Virus record (IMG/VR): IMGVR_UViG_3300037067_005176
Span: 125,081-189,080 of that record
DNA: 64,000 nucleotides
Source of the DNA: a virus
Taxonomy: Duplodnaviria; Heunggongvirae; Uroviricota; Caudoviricetes
Reading direction: 5' to 3' (one strand)
Below, in pieces: positions 36,237 to 45,500 of the stretch. A program made the position numbers and the translations under genes. Position 1 is the stretch's first letter, and every line of letters begins with the position of its first letter. The notes below the pieces were generated by a model, which worked only from the letters and a program-made list of their open reading frames with translations, did not search any database and was not told the DNA's origin.

Positions 36237-36431
36237 ATGACAAAGGCATTCAAGGCATTTCCAAGTCCTAAGGATTGTATTTTGCCCAATGATGATGAGT
36301 TTGAAGATATCGTTTTATTAGATGAAGAAGATGAGCTTGAAGAGCAATACCTTCCAAATATGAAGAAGGCTCAAAAACGTCAAGCCGCCGCTGCTGATTC
36401 AAAAAAGAATCGTTGGCGCATAAGGGATTAA
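36237..36431 (+). CDS. Small acidic hypothetical protein
   Basis: 64-aa ORF. Confidence 0.35.
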   Translation: MTKAFKAFPSPKDCILPNDDEFEDIVLLDEEDELEEQYLPNMKKAQKRQAAAADSKKNRWRIRD

Positions 36432-36452
36432 CACAAACGGCATGGAGGCTGT

Positions 36453-36638
36453 ATGAATGTTACTGAAGTAAAACTTACAAACGCTTTAGAGTGTGAGACG
36501 AAACTCAAGACTGACCTTCAAAAAGAGAAGGACAGAAACAAAAAACTTGAGGGCACTCTTGCAAAAGTTACTCAGCATAACATTGCCCTTTCATCCGAGC
36601 TTAAAGGAACTGGTGGAAACATTAACTTGATAGGATAA
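36453..36638 (+). CDS. Small hypothetical protein (coiled-coil-like)
   Basis: 61-aa ORF with RBS tggaggc. Confidence 0.35.
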   Translation: MNVTEVKLTNALECETKLKTDLQKEKDRNKKLEGTLAKVTQHNIALSSELKGTGGNINLIG

Positions 36639-36642
36639 GCTT

Positions 36643-36900
36643 ATGCATACTTTACCAAAACATTTTGTGTTTATAAAAAACGCAAATGTTATAAGCGAAG
36701 AATTATTCAATTTGCTTTTGCGGCAGATTGATAAGTATGAACTTCATGAAGCATTGAAAACTATTGATGTGATTCATAAGATTCTAGGTCCTTTACCATC
36801 TCGCATTAGTATAAGCGGATATCGTAATAACACGATTCTTCGATTGAACTCTATTAAGAAGGTACTCAATGCCCATTTGGACACAAGAACAACTTTTTGA
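36643..36900 (+). CDS. Hypothetical protein (85 aa)
   Basis: ORF. Confidence 0.35.
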   Translation: MHTLPKHFVFIKNANVISEELFNLLLRQIDKYELHEALKTIDVIHKILGPLPSRISISGYRNNTILRLNSIKKVLNAHLDTRTTF

Positions 36901-37072
36901 AATTGTTGTAAGCAACTATAAAGGTATCAAAGAAGCTGAAGGAAAGGCTCCTCAAGATCAACTTGATAAGGCGTTACAACAAACACAACTTATGGAATCG
37001 TGGCTTGACGCTCCTTTCCGTGATCAGCTTGATGAAATGTTTGAAAGGACTTATGATGAAGAAACAAACTGA
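36869..37072 (+). CDS. Hypothetical acidic protein (67 aa)
   Basis: ORF overlapping the upstream gene by 32 nt. Confidence 0.35.
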   Translation: MPIWTQEQLFEIVVSNYKGIKEAEGKAPQDQLDKALQQTQLMESWLDAPFRDQLDEMFERTYDEETN

Positions 37073-37334
37073 TACATTTCATTGTACAAAGAAAGACGTA
37101 ATGGAAATTGCGTTGTATCAAGCTGTAAGACATGAAGGTTTTGCAGGTGAAGCGCAAAATGTGATTGAATTTATAAAAGCACAAAATGAAACATTTGGAT
37201 ATGAGTCTTTTATGTGTAAGATCATTCCAAATTTCAAAAGCGGAAAGCTGCATGACAGTGTTGATAGATTCATCAGACCATTTATGATTTGCATGAAGAA
37301 ATACAAACAAGGTAAGGACTGGAAACTAATATGA
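37053..37334 (+). CDS. Hypothetical protein (93 aa; start taken at MMKKQTD with RBS aaagga)
   Basis: The ORF-track start 36963 lies inside the upstream gene. Confidence 0.4.
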   Translation: MMKKQTDTFHCTKKDVMEIALYQAVRHEGFAGEAQNVIEFIKAQNETFGYESFMCKIIPNFKSGKLHDSVDRFIRPFMICMKKYKQGKDWKLI

Positions 37335-37603
37335 TTAGTTTATTAGGAATCTTAGGTGCAATATTCTTTGGCATTTGCGCCTTGCCACAAGTAGTGCAAG
37401 TTTGGAAAACTCAAGACACGTCATCCTTATCAAAATTGTTTTTAATTTTTTGGGGATTAGGTGAAGTTTGCATGTGGATTTATATCATTATGCAAAACGC
37501 ATCAGTTGGAATTATTCAATGGCCATTGCACGCAAACTATTTCTTTAATGGTTTGATGTTGATTTATCTACTTTACAAAAAGTTAACGGAGAAAAAGAAA
37601 TGA
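37331..37603 (+). CDS. PQ-loop / SemiSWEET-like 3-TM membrane protein
   Basis: About 90 aa, three hydrophobic helices, LPQ motif in TM1 (ICALPQVVQ). Confidence 0.4.
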   Translation: MISLLGILGAIFFGICALPQVVQVWKTQDTSSLSKLFLIFWGLGEVCMWIYIIMQNASVGIIQWPLHANYFFNGLMLIYLLYKKLTEKKK

Positions 37604-37881
37604 AATATTATTATTCGGAACCAAATAATACGACAAAATATAAAATTATTGAAACATGGTATCAAGGGGATGTATCTTATACAATACAGTGTATATATTT
37701 TCAACGAAAATTTACTTTTTTTGGAAAAAAAGTTGAAAAGACTTCATTATTGACTCATATAGGTTGTAAAGCTATTGCTAGTTTTTCATCACTTAGTGAA
37801 GCCCAAAAAGAATTAATTAAATTCAACACCAATTCTGTAAAAGTTGTTAAAGAAATTGAAAAGCGTCAAATAAAGGAATGA
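37600..37881 (+). CDS. Hypothetical protein (93 aa)
   Basis: ATGA overlap. Confidence 0.4.
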   Translation: MKYYYSEPNNTTKYKIIETWYQGDVSYTIQCIYFQRKFTFFGKKVEKTSLLTHIGCKAIASFSSLSEAQKELIKFNTNSVKVVKEIEKRQIKE

Positions 37882-37882
37882 T

Positions 37883-38224
37883 ATGATCATAAACATTGTT
37901 GATGAAGAATTAAGAAAGGAAGTGAGACGGGTTTTTACTGAAGAGATTACACGCACAATGCGTTCAGATATTGATACATTGCTTCCTGAAATGATTGTGA
38001 AGAGGTTGGATAACAATTATAAAACTATTGTGAATGATAGAGTTGGAAAAACTCTCGCTGATCACATGGAAATTGCAACTACAATATTCCTTCAGAAAGA
38101 ATTACTGAAGCAAGAATCATTCATGCGTCAACGATTTGATGAATGCATTGAAAAGGTTCTTGCTGGAATTGACTTTGACAATTACTTCAAGACATTACTA
38201 GGAAGAAATATATGCGATCGTTGA
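37883..38224 (+). CDS. Hypothetical protein (113 aa)
   Basis: ORF with RBS. Confidence 0.4.
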   Translation: MIINIVDEELRKEVRRVFTEEITRTMRSDIDTLLPEMIVKRLDNNYKTIVNDRVGKTLADHMEIATTIFLQKELLKQESFMRQRFDECIEKVLAGIDFDNYFKTLLGRNICDR

Positions 38225-38284
38225 TGAACGTATCAAGCAGCAGTTAAAGAAATCGTTTACAGTTGAAATCAAGGAGAACAAATA

Positions 38285-38548
38285 ATGCTAGGACTTGCAT
38301 TGATGATTATTGGTACCGTAGCATGGGCTTGGAAAGGTTATATTGAACTTGGCCTTATTATTTGCGCTTGGCGTCGCCGTGTTGAAATTAAGAACACTGA
38401 AAACAAAACTGTATGTGCGATAAATCATAAAAAGGTTGACGCAATACCATTTAACATTGGTCTCGCTGGTGGACAATACAGTGTTGAAGACGAAAATATT
38501 GAAAACTTTATAAAGGATTCAGAGGCAATGTTTAAATATGTACGATGA
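38285..38548 (+). CDS. Small membrane protein (N-terminal TM)
   Basis: MLGLALMIIGTVAWAW hydrophobic N-terminus. Confidence 0.4.
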   Translation: MLGLALMIIGTVAWAWKGYIELGLIICAWRRRVEIKNTENKTVCAINHKKVDAIPFNIGLAGGQYSVEDENIENFIKDSEAMFKYVR

Positions 38549-39080
38549 AGAAATTAAAAGAAGAAGATTAATAGATAAACAACTTCGGGATTCATTTCCA
38601 TACTACTTACCAAATGACAGCGAAGGAAGCGGCGTATTTTTTAGTGCGCATATTGGAACTTCCGATGAATACTCTATACTTATACGAATAAACTTCGATA
38701 AGTCATCTGTGACATTTGGTATAGTTGATGATCATCATCATCAGTTTCTTTTAAACAATATTGAAGATCTCAAAGCAAAAGCATCTGAGATTATAAAGAA
38801 GCGTATTGATAAAGATAAAGATAGCAAAAAGAATGCTATGAAAGCAGATTTGGAATCAATGAAGCTTTGTGGATTTCTTACACGGAATGATCTTACATAT
38901 TCTCTTGAGAAAAATGTTACGCGTACTGTTGTAAATATCTTCGGAACGGCTTTTGAGAAGTTACCAATTTACATTTACAAGAGTGATCCTAATGTATATG
39001 TTATTGTAACTCCTAGAGCTTCATTTAACCAAAAACAAGTCGAATCGTTTGTTTTAACATGTAAATCATTGAAGGAGTAA
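38538..39080 (+). CDS. Hypothetical protein (180 aa)
   Basis: ORF overlapping upstream stop. Confidence 0.45.
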   Translation: MYDEEIKRRRLIDKQLRDSFPYYLPNDSEGSGVFFSAHIGTSDEYSILIRINFDKSSVTFGIVDDHHHQFLLNNIEDLKAKASEIIKKRIDKDKDSKKNAMKADLESMKLCGFLTRNDLTYSLEKNVTRTVVNIFGTAFEKLPIYIYKSDPNVYVIVTPRASFNQKQVESFVLTCKSLKE

Positions 39081-39084
39081 CACT

Positions 39085-39261
39085 ATGAAGATAGAAATTT
39101 TGAAAGAACTACTTAAAGGCTCAAAGCCATATTCAACGAATCATCAGTTTGCTCCTATACTGGAAGAAATGTTTTGGAATGGAGAAGTTTCATTCCGTGG
39201 AAATTTGGTTGAAATTACCGATTTAGGTAGAAAACATTATGCTGAATTGACCATACAATAA
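39085..39261 (+). CDS. Small hypothetical protein (58 aa)
   Basis: RBS gaaggag 8 nt upstream. Below the ORF-track cutoff. Confidence 0.35.
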   Translation: MKIEILKELLKGSKPYSTNHQFAPILEEMFWNGEVSFRGNLVEITDLGRKHYAELTIQ

Positions 39262-39291
39262 TTTATAAAAATTATTAAGGAGAATACGTAA

Positions 39292-39651
39292 ATGGATTAT
39301 AAAGATTTTCTTTATTATATAGACGAGTCAACAAACGTAATTTATTTTAACCCAATTTCAACTTGGGAATCTGAAGGAAGTTTAGCTGATTCTTATACTG
39401 ATGAAGAGGACTGTTTTATTGAAGAAGTTGCTAAAGAGCTTGGTTTATTTGGTTCTATTAAATCTGGATATGAACCTATTAAAATAAAGAACGTTATTGG
39501 GTATGAATCGAAACTATTAAATCTTGGATTTATTTATGATAAATCATTTGTAAGATTTATGAAATCATGCTTGGGGAAAATCAACGAAGAAGATGCTGAT
39601 TTGTTTGAAGATTCTTTGGATGAACCTGAAGAACTTAATTTTGATGCATAA
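39292..39651 (+). CDS. Acidic hypothetical protein (119 aa)
   Basis: RBS aaggag. Confidence 0.45.
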   Translation: MDYKDFLYYIDESTNVIYFNPISTWESEGSLADSYTDEEDCFIEEVAKELGLFGSIKSGYEPIKIKNVIGYESKLLNLGFIYDKSFVRFMKSCLGKINEEDADLFEDSLDEPEELNFDA

Positions 39652-39716
39652 ATAAAAAAGAAGTATGCTGAAGGTTTAAATTTAATAATTGGCTACTTGG
39701 ATAATAAGGAGATATA

Positions 39717-40022
39717 ATGAAAACGAATAACGATAAAATCTTTGTGCAAGAAATTGAAGTTAAAGACCGTAAATTGGGAGGAATTTATATTCCAAACGCT
39801 ATAGGATTAACAATTAAGAAAGGCGAAGTTGTTGAAGTTGGCCCAGGCCGTCTTAATGCCGACGGCACTCGAACTCCATGTTCATGCAAAGTGGGAGATA
39901 TTATTATGTTTGCAGCCCACGCCGGAATGCCAATCGAGTTTAAAAAGAACGGAGAAACATTAAAGCTTTTAGTGATGCCTGATATTGAAATCATTGGAAC
40001 ATTTGAATCAGACGAAGAATAA
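39717..40022 (+). CDS. groES: GroES-like co-chaperonin (cpn10 family)
   Basis: Typical cpn10 length (101 aa) and mobile-loop/roof pattern (..KLGGIYIPN...GEVVEVGPG...VKVGDIIMF..). Confidence 0.55.
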   Translation: MKTNNDKIFVQEIEVKDRKLGGIYIPNAIGLTIKKGEVVEVGPGRLNADGTRTPCSCKVGDIIMFAAHAGMPIEFKKNGETLKLLVMPDIEIIGTFESDEE

Positions 40023-40166
40023 GCTTATAGGCTTTTAAATTTCAGAAAAAACATTGATTATCAAAAAACCAATGTTTTTATGTAGAAAAAAGTTCATTTT
40101 TGCCATTGCCGAATTGTAAAAATGTTTTTAAATTGAATCAATGATTTTGAAAAATAGAATCGATTT

Positions 40167-40550
40167 ATGAAAATTACTCTTGACTTAAAAGAAATTGAGT
40201 ATATAATCAATTTAGGCGTAAAAGCATTATTTAAAGAGACATCTAATGTCACAGATATCGTCACTCCATTAGGAACATTTCATATTAATAATGCTCGCAT
40301 TAATCGCAAAAATATATGCGATACAATTATTGAAGCAACAGATCGCAAAAATATATTAGAAGCAACAAAATATGTTCGTTTGAATATTGGATGCAGACTT
40401 AAAGACGCAAAATATTTTTGTGAAAAGATTAGAGACGATCAGAATTTTCGTGATTCTTGGGTCAACGGAAGCGATGATTGGATTCATGCCAATTGGGACC
40501 CAACAAGCATAGATTTTTATTTGATTTGGCTAAACAAAACGGAGACTTGA
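40167..40550 (+). CDS. Hypothetical protein (127 aa)
   Basis: ORF. Confidence 0.4.
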   Translation: MKITLDLKEIEYIINLGVKALFKETSNVTDIVTPLGTFHINNARINRKNICDTIIEATDRKNILEATKYVRLNIGCRLKDAKYFCEKIRDDQNFRDSWVNGSDDWIHANWDPTSIDFYLIWLNKTET

Positions 40551-40553
40551 AAT

Positions 40554-40796
40554 ATGGAATATGAACATATAAAATTTCATTATATAACTTTTGGACACAT
40601 CAAGTCTGGGCTTATTTGTAATTGCTGTAAAATGGTAACAATTAAACCGGCATATATACTTCCTTTAATAAACACTAATGAGATTCCTGAAGATGAATCT
40701 TATCAATCTATTGTATGCTTACAAGAAGTCATTGATACAAATAATAAGCATGTACTTTTATATTTTGGTGTTTGGGTTGAACACACAGGAGAATGA
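40554..40796 (+). CDS. Hypothetical protein (80 aa, CNCCK)
   Basis: ORF. Confidence 0.35.
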   Translation: MEYEHIKFHYITFGHIKSGLICNCCKMVTIKPAYILPLINTNEIPEDESYQSIVCLQEVIDTNNKHVLLYFGVWVEHTGE

Positions 40797-40916
40797 TGTG
40801 ATTGTACAATATAGCACGATGATTAATGGATTTCTTGAAGCCAAAATTGGCGGAGTTTGGCATATTCTTAAATATGGACGTTGGGTTGTTAATACCAATC
40901 GCTTAAAGGTTTGATT

Positions 40917-41672
40917 ATGTATGATTTAGTTTATGACATCGAAGAAATGAAAAAATTTCATTCGTTTATGCATCCTCTTAAACCAGGTGAAGCATACTTT
41001 GTTTCAATGTCCGCAAGAGACAAATATTTGACAAAAGAAGAACGCGTCGAGTTCTCCTTAGGCCGTCCAGAAATGTTCGGTCGTAAAATTGTAAAAGGAC
41101 CAACATTTGATGAGTTCCTTCGCGTTGTCCGTTCAATGGAAGTGAATGAAGGTGGATATACAACTCGCAATGGTTTGAATATTCCAAAGAAGTGTATGAT
41201 TATTTATGTAAATATTAACGCGAGCTCAGGTTATAAAGCTCTGAAAGAATTCAATGGAAAGATTAACGAGCTTATGTTTGAAACACTTCACAATGTTGAT
41301 ACTCTCAAGCATTTCGCAAGTCTTGATTCCATGCTTATGAATTGTTTTCAAAGGCAAGCAGGAACAAAGTATCTTATTGATGCAGACTTTGATGTTCCTA
41401 AGAACGAGCGTGGGTTTGAACTTCTTCAGATGTTCCTTTGCCATTTGAGAGGAAACAGAACCACTTATAAGGTTATTGAAACACATGGTGGTTATCATGT
41501 CCTTATGGTTCGTGATACTCTTCGTTTCAATTATGTCGCCGAACTCAATGCGCTTGATGTAATTGCAAAGAAAGAGTTTGGTAAGGCTGAAATCGTCCGT
41601 AATGTGAATGATATGGTTCCTCTTCCTGGGTGTTATCAGGGCCTATTTCCTGTTCATTTTATTGATGTTTAA
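40917..41672 (+). CDS. Hypothetical protein (about 251 aa)
   Basis: Long ORF. ATG 40917 chosen over TTG 40911. Confidence 0.5.
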   Translation: MYDLVYDIEEMKKFHSFMHPLKPGEAYFVSMSARDKYLTKEERVEFSLGRPEMFGRKIVKGPTFDEFLRVVRSMEVNEGGYTTRNGLNIPKKCMIIYVNINASSGYKALKEFNGKINELMFETLHNVDTLKHFASLDSMLMNCFQRQAGTKYLIDADFDVPKNERGFELLQMFLCHLRGNRTTYKVIETHGGYHVLMVRDTLRFNYVAELNALDVIAKKEFGKAEIVRNVNDMVPLPGCYQGLFPVHFIDV

Positions 41673-41729
41673 AATATTTTCTTTGGTATTTTATAAATAA
41701 AAATAATATGATACCAAAGAGAGGTTAAA

Positions 41730-42602
41730 ATGGGAATTATTTATAAGTTAATTTCACCAAGCGGGAAAATTTACATTGGAAAAGCGAATGACTTTGATAC
41801 GCGAATGAAAGGACATCTGTATTGTGCAAATAAAGGTAGAAAGAACGCATTATACGAATCAATAAGAATGCATGGATTTGATTCATTTAAAAAGATTATT
41901 ATTGATTGTGAAGATATTCAAAGCGTTTTAAATGACAAAGAAAAGTTTTGGATAAGCCATTACAAATCAAACGAACGCAAGTTCGGTTATAATATGACTG
42001 TTGGCGGAGATGGTGGCGATACACGAAAAGGATTATCAAATGATAAGTTGAATGAAATTAAACAAAAAGCAAAACAAAGATGTGCTGAAAGAAATCCAAA
42101 TAGAAGTCATTTGATAGAAGTAAAACAAAAAATATCCAAATCGATTTTAAAGCATCTTGAAACATTAAGTGAATCTGAAAAGCAAAGACGATTCAATATG
42201 ACTAAAAGAGGCTTGATTGAATATTATAAATCTGAAAAAGGTAAACTACATGCTTTAAGTACACAAGAAAGAATGAAAGGTGAAAAGAATCCACAATATG
42301 GACTTAAAGGGGAGCTTTCGCCAAATTGGAAAAGACAACAAAGCGAATATTGTAAAAGAAAAGCTTTTGAAACGCATAAAGGAAAACTTGTTTCAGAAAC
42401 TACAAAAAGAAAACAACAATTAAGGTGCGAAGAACGAAACTTGTTAATGAACATAAAGAATAATATTTCAAATGAAATATTTGAAACAAAAAATCTTTTA
42501 AAGTTTTGTGATGAACATAATTTGAATTACAATGTTATGTACAATAAGTTAAAAGGCGCGACATCAAGAACTTTAAAAGAATGGGAATTCATTGAGGTAT
42601 AA
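41730..42602 (+). CDS. GIY-YIG homing endonuclease with NUMOD repeats
   Basis: GIIYKLISPSGKIYIGKAND...R...H. Multiple NPN.S..K.KIS repeats. Confidence 0.75.
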   Translation: MGIIYKLISPSGKIYIGKANDFDTRMKGHLYCANKGRKNALYESIRMHGFDSFKKIIIDCEDIQSVLNDKEKFWISHYKSNERKFGYNMTVGGDGGDTRKGLSNDKLNEIKQKAKQRCAERNPNRSHLIEVKQKISKSILKHLETLSESEKQRRFNMTKRGLIEYYKSEKGKLHALSTQERMKGEKNPQYGLKGELSPNWKRQQSEYCKRKAFETHKGKLVSETTKRKQQLRCEERNLLMNIKNNISNEIFETKNLLKFCDEHNLNYNVMYNKLKGATSRTLKEWEFIEV

Positions 42603-42604
42603 CA

Positions 42605-42754
42605 ATGTTTAAAGTTGTTATTATCAAATCGTATCTTGATCAAAGAGATCTTGAAAATGCATTGAAGGATGGGTATGAAATTTATCATACAACATCCTGT
42701 CATAGTGAGCATGGGTTTATTGTTTACACACTCAAAAAGGAAAAGACGAAATGA
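42605..42754 (+). CDS. Small hypothetical protein (49 aa)
   Basis: Below the ORF-track cutoff. ATGA overlap with downstream gene. Confidence 0.3.
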   Translation: MFKVVIIKSYLDQRDLENALKDGYEIYHTTSCHSEHGFIVYTLKKEKTK

Positions 42755-43428
42755 ATAAGTATCACATCATCAAAGACATCATAATCCTTATATGCATTAT
42801 ACGCGTTGGGTTTGGTGTTAAAATTGGATATGATTCGGTTCAACATAATAAAGAAAAGCTGAATCACTTTGAAAGATCTTTGACCGAAATGGGAACAGGA
42901 ATCTCAATTGATAACCAAAGAAAGGCAAAGATTCAAAAAGGAACAGAGATGATCCTTTTGAGAAACAAAAAGATACCTTATGAAGTTGCAATGAACTATG
43001 CAGAATGGTTTGTTGATGAAGCTGATAAATATCCCAATGTTGACTTCGTATTGCTTATAGCGATTGCATCACAAGAGTCGGCATTCAATTATAAAGCTTT
43101 AAGTCCAACAGGTGCAAAGGGCTTGATGCAACTTATACCGACTACAGCGATGGATGTATGTGAATATTTAAGAATTAGTTATAATGATACACTTCTATAT
43201 GACCCCAAAACTAATATTAGGTTGGGAGCAAGATATGTTAATCATATGATGACATACTTTAACAATGTTGAGCATACCATATCAGCATATAATGCAGGTC
43301 CTGGCGGAGCAATGAAATATAAGTTATACAAAGCAGGAAAATTAGGAAAGGAATTTGTTGCTGAAGAAAACTTAAAGTATATTCCTGCCGTATTAAACTT
43401 CAAAGCACAATTCGAAAAATTATTATAA
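42751..43428 (+). CDS. Lytic transglycosylase (SLT domain) with N-terminal TM anchor
   Basis: SQESAFNYKALSPTGAKGLMQLIPTTA matches the SLT ES..N...S..GA.GLMQ motif. Confidence 0.65.
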   Translation: MNKYHIIKDIIILICIIRVGFGVKIGYDSVQHNKEKLNHFERSLTEMGTGISIDNQRKAKIQKGTEMILLRNKKIPYEVAMNYAEWFVDEADKYPNVDFVLLIAIASQESAFNYKALSPTGAKGLMQLIPTTAMDVCEYLRISYNDTLLYDPKTNIRLGARYVNHMMTYFNNVEHTISAYNAGPGGAMKYKLYKAGKLGKEFVAEENLKYIPAVLNFKAQFEKLL

Positions 43429-43430
43429 TT

Positions 43431-44162
43431 ATGAAAAAGAAATATGAATTAACCAAAGAGACCATTATTGTTGGTTCATCAACTCTATATAAAATCAAAG
43501 CTCTGATTGACATTCCTTCTAAAGATATTAAAAAAGGTGATCTAGGTGGATTCATTGAAAATGAATCCAATCTAAGTCATGAAAATACTTGCTGGGTCTA
43601 TGATAATGCATTGGTCTCTGGTTCTGCAAGAGTCTCTGGTAATGCAGGTGTCTCTGGTGATGCATCGGTCTCTGGTAATGCAAAGGTCTATGGTGATGCA
43701 TGGGTCTCTGGTAATGCAGAGGTCTTTGGTAATGCAAAGGTCTTTGGTAATGCAAAGGTCTATGGTGATGCAAAGGTCTATGATGATGCAAGAGTTTATG
43801 GTAATGCAGAGGTCTTTGGTTATGCAAATGTCTTTGGTAATGCAAATGTCTTTGGTAATGCATGGGTCTTTGGTAATGTATGGGTCTCTGATTCTGCAAG
43901 AGTCTCTGGTGATGCAGTTGTCTTTGATTCTGTAAAGGTCTATGGTAATGCAAAGGTCTATGGTAATGCAAAGGTCTATGGTAATGCAAGAGTTTATGGT
44001 TCTGCAAGAGTCTCTGGTAATACAAATGTCTATGGTGATGCAGGTGTCTTTGGTAATGCATTGGTCTATGGTAATGCAAAGGTCTTTGGTAATGCAAAGG
44101 TCTTTGGTAATGCAAAGGTCTATGATAAATTCACATTAACTGATGATGAAATTTTATGCTGA
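43431..44162 (+). CDS. Hexapeptide-repeat protein, family copy 2 (about 30 repeats; C-terminus ..YDKFTLTDDEILC)
   Basis: Same N-module and repeat type as 32875..33996. Confidence 0.65.
   Translation: MKKKYELTKETIIVGSSTLYKIKALIDIPSKDIKKGDLGGFIENESNLSHENTCWVYDNALVSGSARVSGNAGVSGDASVSGNAKVYGDAWVSGNAEVFGNAKVFGNAKVYGDAKVYDDARVYGNAEVFGYANVFGNANVFGNAWVFGNVWVSDSARVSGDAVVFDSVKVYGNAKVYGNAKVYGNARVYGSARVSGNTNVYGDAGVFGNALVYGNAKVFGNAKVFGNAKVYDKFTLTDDEILC
43600..44130 (+). repeat. 18-bp tandem coding repeat array
   Basis: ggtaatgcaaaggtctat-type units. Confidence 0.7.
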
Positions 44163-44172
44163 AGGATGTATA

Positions 44173-44361
44173 ATGAATGAAAAGTTATTGATAAAGATTC
44201 TTGAGGAAATGCAAAAGACTGGTGATATGTCATTTACATGTCCTGTATGCAAAGATATTATTGCCTTTGATAATCCTAAATGCGATTGTGGATTCTTGAA
44301 TCCAGTGCAGAATGGAGCAATAGAAAAGAAGAATATAAACAATCATAGGTGGTTAACATGA
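44173..44361 (+). CDS. Small zinc-finger protein (CPVC...CDC)
   Basis: RBS gaagg. The ORF track starts earlier at MMKFYAE, which overlaps the hexapeptide gene end exactly as at 63556. Confidence 0.4.
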   Translation: MNEKLLIKILEEMQKTGDMSFTCPVCKDIIAFDNPKCDCGFLNPVQNGAIEKKNINNHRWLT

Positions 44362-44606
44362 AATACTTATTAGTGTTATTGATTTTATCGTTTTTAGTTG
44401 TATGGATCCTTGGTGATGATAAACAATACGCCCATCCTTTAATGAGTTGTCTCCCTGCTGAAGCTCACTTCATTAAGGCTTATAAAGATAATCATAACGA
44501 TAGCTTAAAGAATTCACAATGGATCAAATATGAATTAGAAGGTGAATGCTTTATCTTTTCAAGTTATTATAACAATATGAACACTAAAGTTGATTGTAAT
44601 CCATGA
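44358..44606 (+). CDS. Small secreted protein (signal peptide MKYLLVLLILSFLVVWILG)
   Basis: RBS aggtgg 5 nt upstream of ATG 44358. Confidence 0.45.
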   Translation: MKYLLVLLILSFLVVWILGDDKQYAHPLMSCLPAEAHFIKAYKDNHNDSLKNSQWIKYELEGECFIFSSYYNNMNTKVDCNP

Positions 44607-44745
44607 AATTGATGGACCTGTTCCAAAATTGATGCGTCCAAAAGAAAATGGGTATGGTGATTACATCGTTATGGATATTGACGAAAATGGTCAAATCCAA
44701 AAATGGACATCTAACCTAAAAGATTTTATTGAAGATTAAACGTGT

Positions 44746-44778
44746 TGCCTAACAGTCATTGATCGTGACTGTTAGGCA
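44746..44778 (+). promoter_or_regulatory. Perfect 13-bp stem-loop (tgcctaacagtcaTTGATCGtgactgttaggca) without U-tract
   Basis: Read directly. Sits just upstream of the RBS of 44801. Confidence 0.5.
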
Positions 44779-44800
44779 TACGAAACAAAGCGAGGAAGAT

Positions 44801-44977
44801 ATGAAAAAGCAAATAACAAAGTTCACAAAAGAACAAGAATCAAAAATATTAGCGCTAATTAAATGTTATCTAAATGAACACGAGGCATGGGGAGGCGAAA
44901 TAGTTTCACAAGATGATCAAGCGCAAACAGATGCGACGGAAGCTTGCTTGCGACATAGCCGATACAGTTTCTTTTGA
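44801..44977 (+). CDS. Small hypothetical protein (58 aa)
   Basis: RBS gaggaag upstream of ATG 44801. The ORF-track start 44759 lies inside the hairpin. Confidence 0.35.
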   Translation: MKKQITKFTKEQESKILALIKCYLNEHEAWGGEIVSQDDQAQTDATEACLRHSRYSFF

Positions 44978-45042
44978 ATTTGGGGGATACTCGGACTAAA
45001 ATTCCTGTTGCAAACTTTTTTTCACTTTTTTATAAAAACCTA

Positions 45043-45071
45043 TTGACAACCTAATCTAGATTAGTTATATT
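45043..45071 (+). promoter_or_regulatory. Consensus sigma70-like promoter TTGACA-N17-TATATT
   Basis: TTGACA 45043-45048, TATATT 45066-45071. Confidence 0.55.
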
Positions 45072-45118
45072 ATCTGTATGGACGAAAGCAATACCACAGA
45101 GTCTAAAAGGAATAAAAA

Positions 45119-45322
45119 ATGAAAATCGAAATCGATATGGTGAACGGAATGGATGTAGTAACTGAATTTTCTGCTGAAACAGAAATCGTTACAGGATCTT
45201 TGAAACTCAAAGATTTTTTAAAAGATGAGTTAGATAACTGCCTTGGCTTTGAAGTTACAGAAGATGAGGCGCAAGAAATTTTAGACATGAACTACGGAAT
45301 AAAAGGCTTTACTGGAAAATGA
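45119..45322 (+). CDS. Small acidic protein (67 aa)
   Basis: Downstream of a consensus promoter. RBS aaaagga. Confidence 0.45.
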   Translation: MKIEIDMVNGMDVVTEFSAETEIVTGSLKLKDFLKDELDNCLGFEVTEDEAQEILDMNYGIKGFTGK

Positions 45323-45350
45323 TCTGCCCACACTGCAAAAAACAACGAAA

Positions 45351-45374
45351 AGAGAGCGGTCACCGCTCTCTTTT
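45351..45374 (+). terminator. Rho-independent terminator (gagagcggTCAccgctctc + TTTT)
   Basis: 8-bp GC-rich stem plus T4. Confidence 0.55.
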
Positions 45375-45500
45375 CGGATACGATGCCTAACAAACGGTGA
45401 TGCCGATAGCGCCTTAACTGGGCACAATGTCGCCGTATATCTTGATATATAGCATACAAAATTAAAAAAATTACATTTCTATTTTACAAGGATTAAAAAT

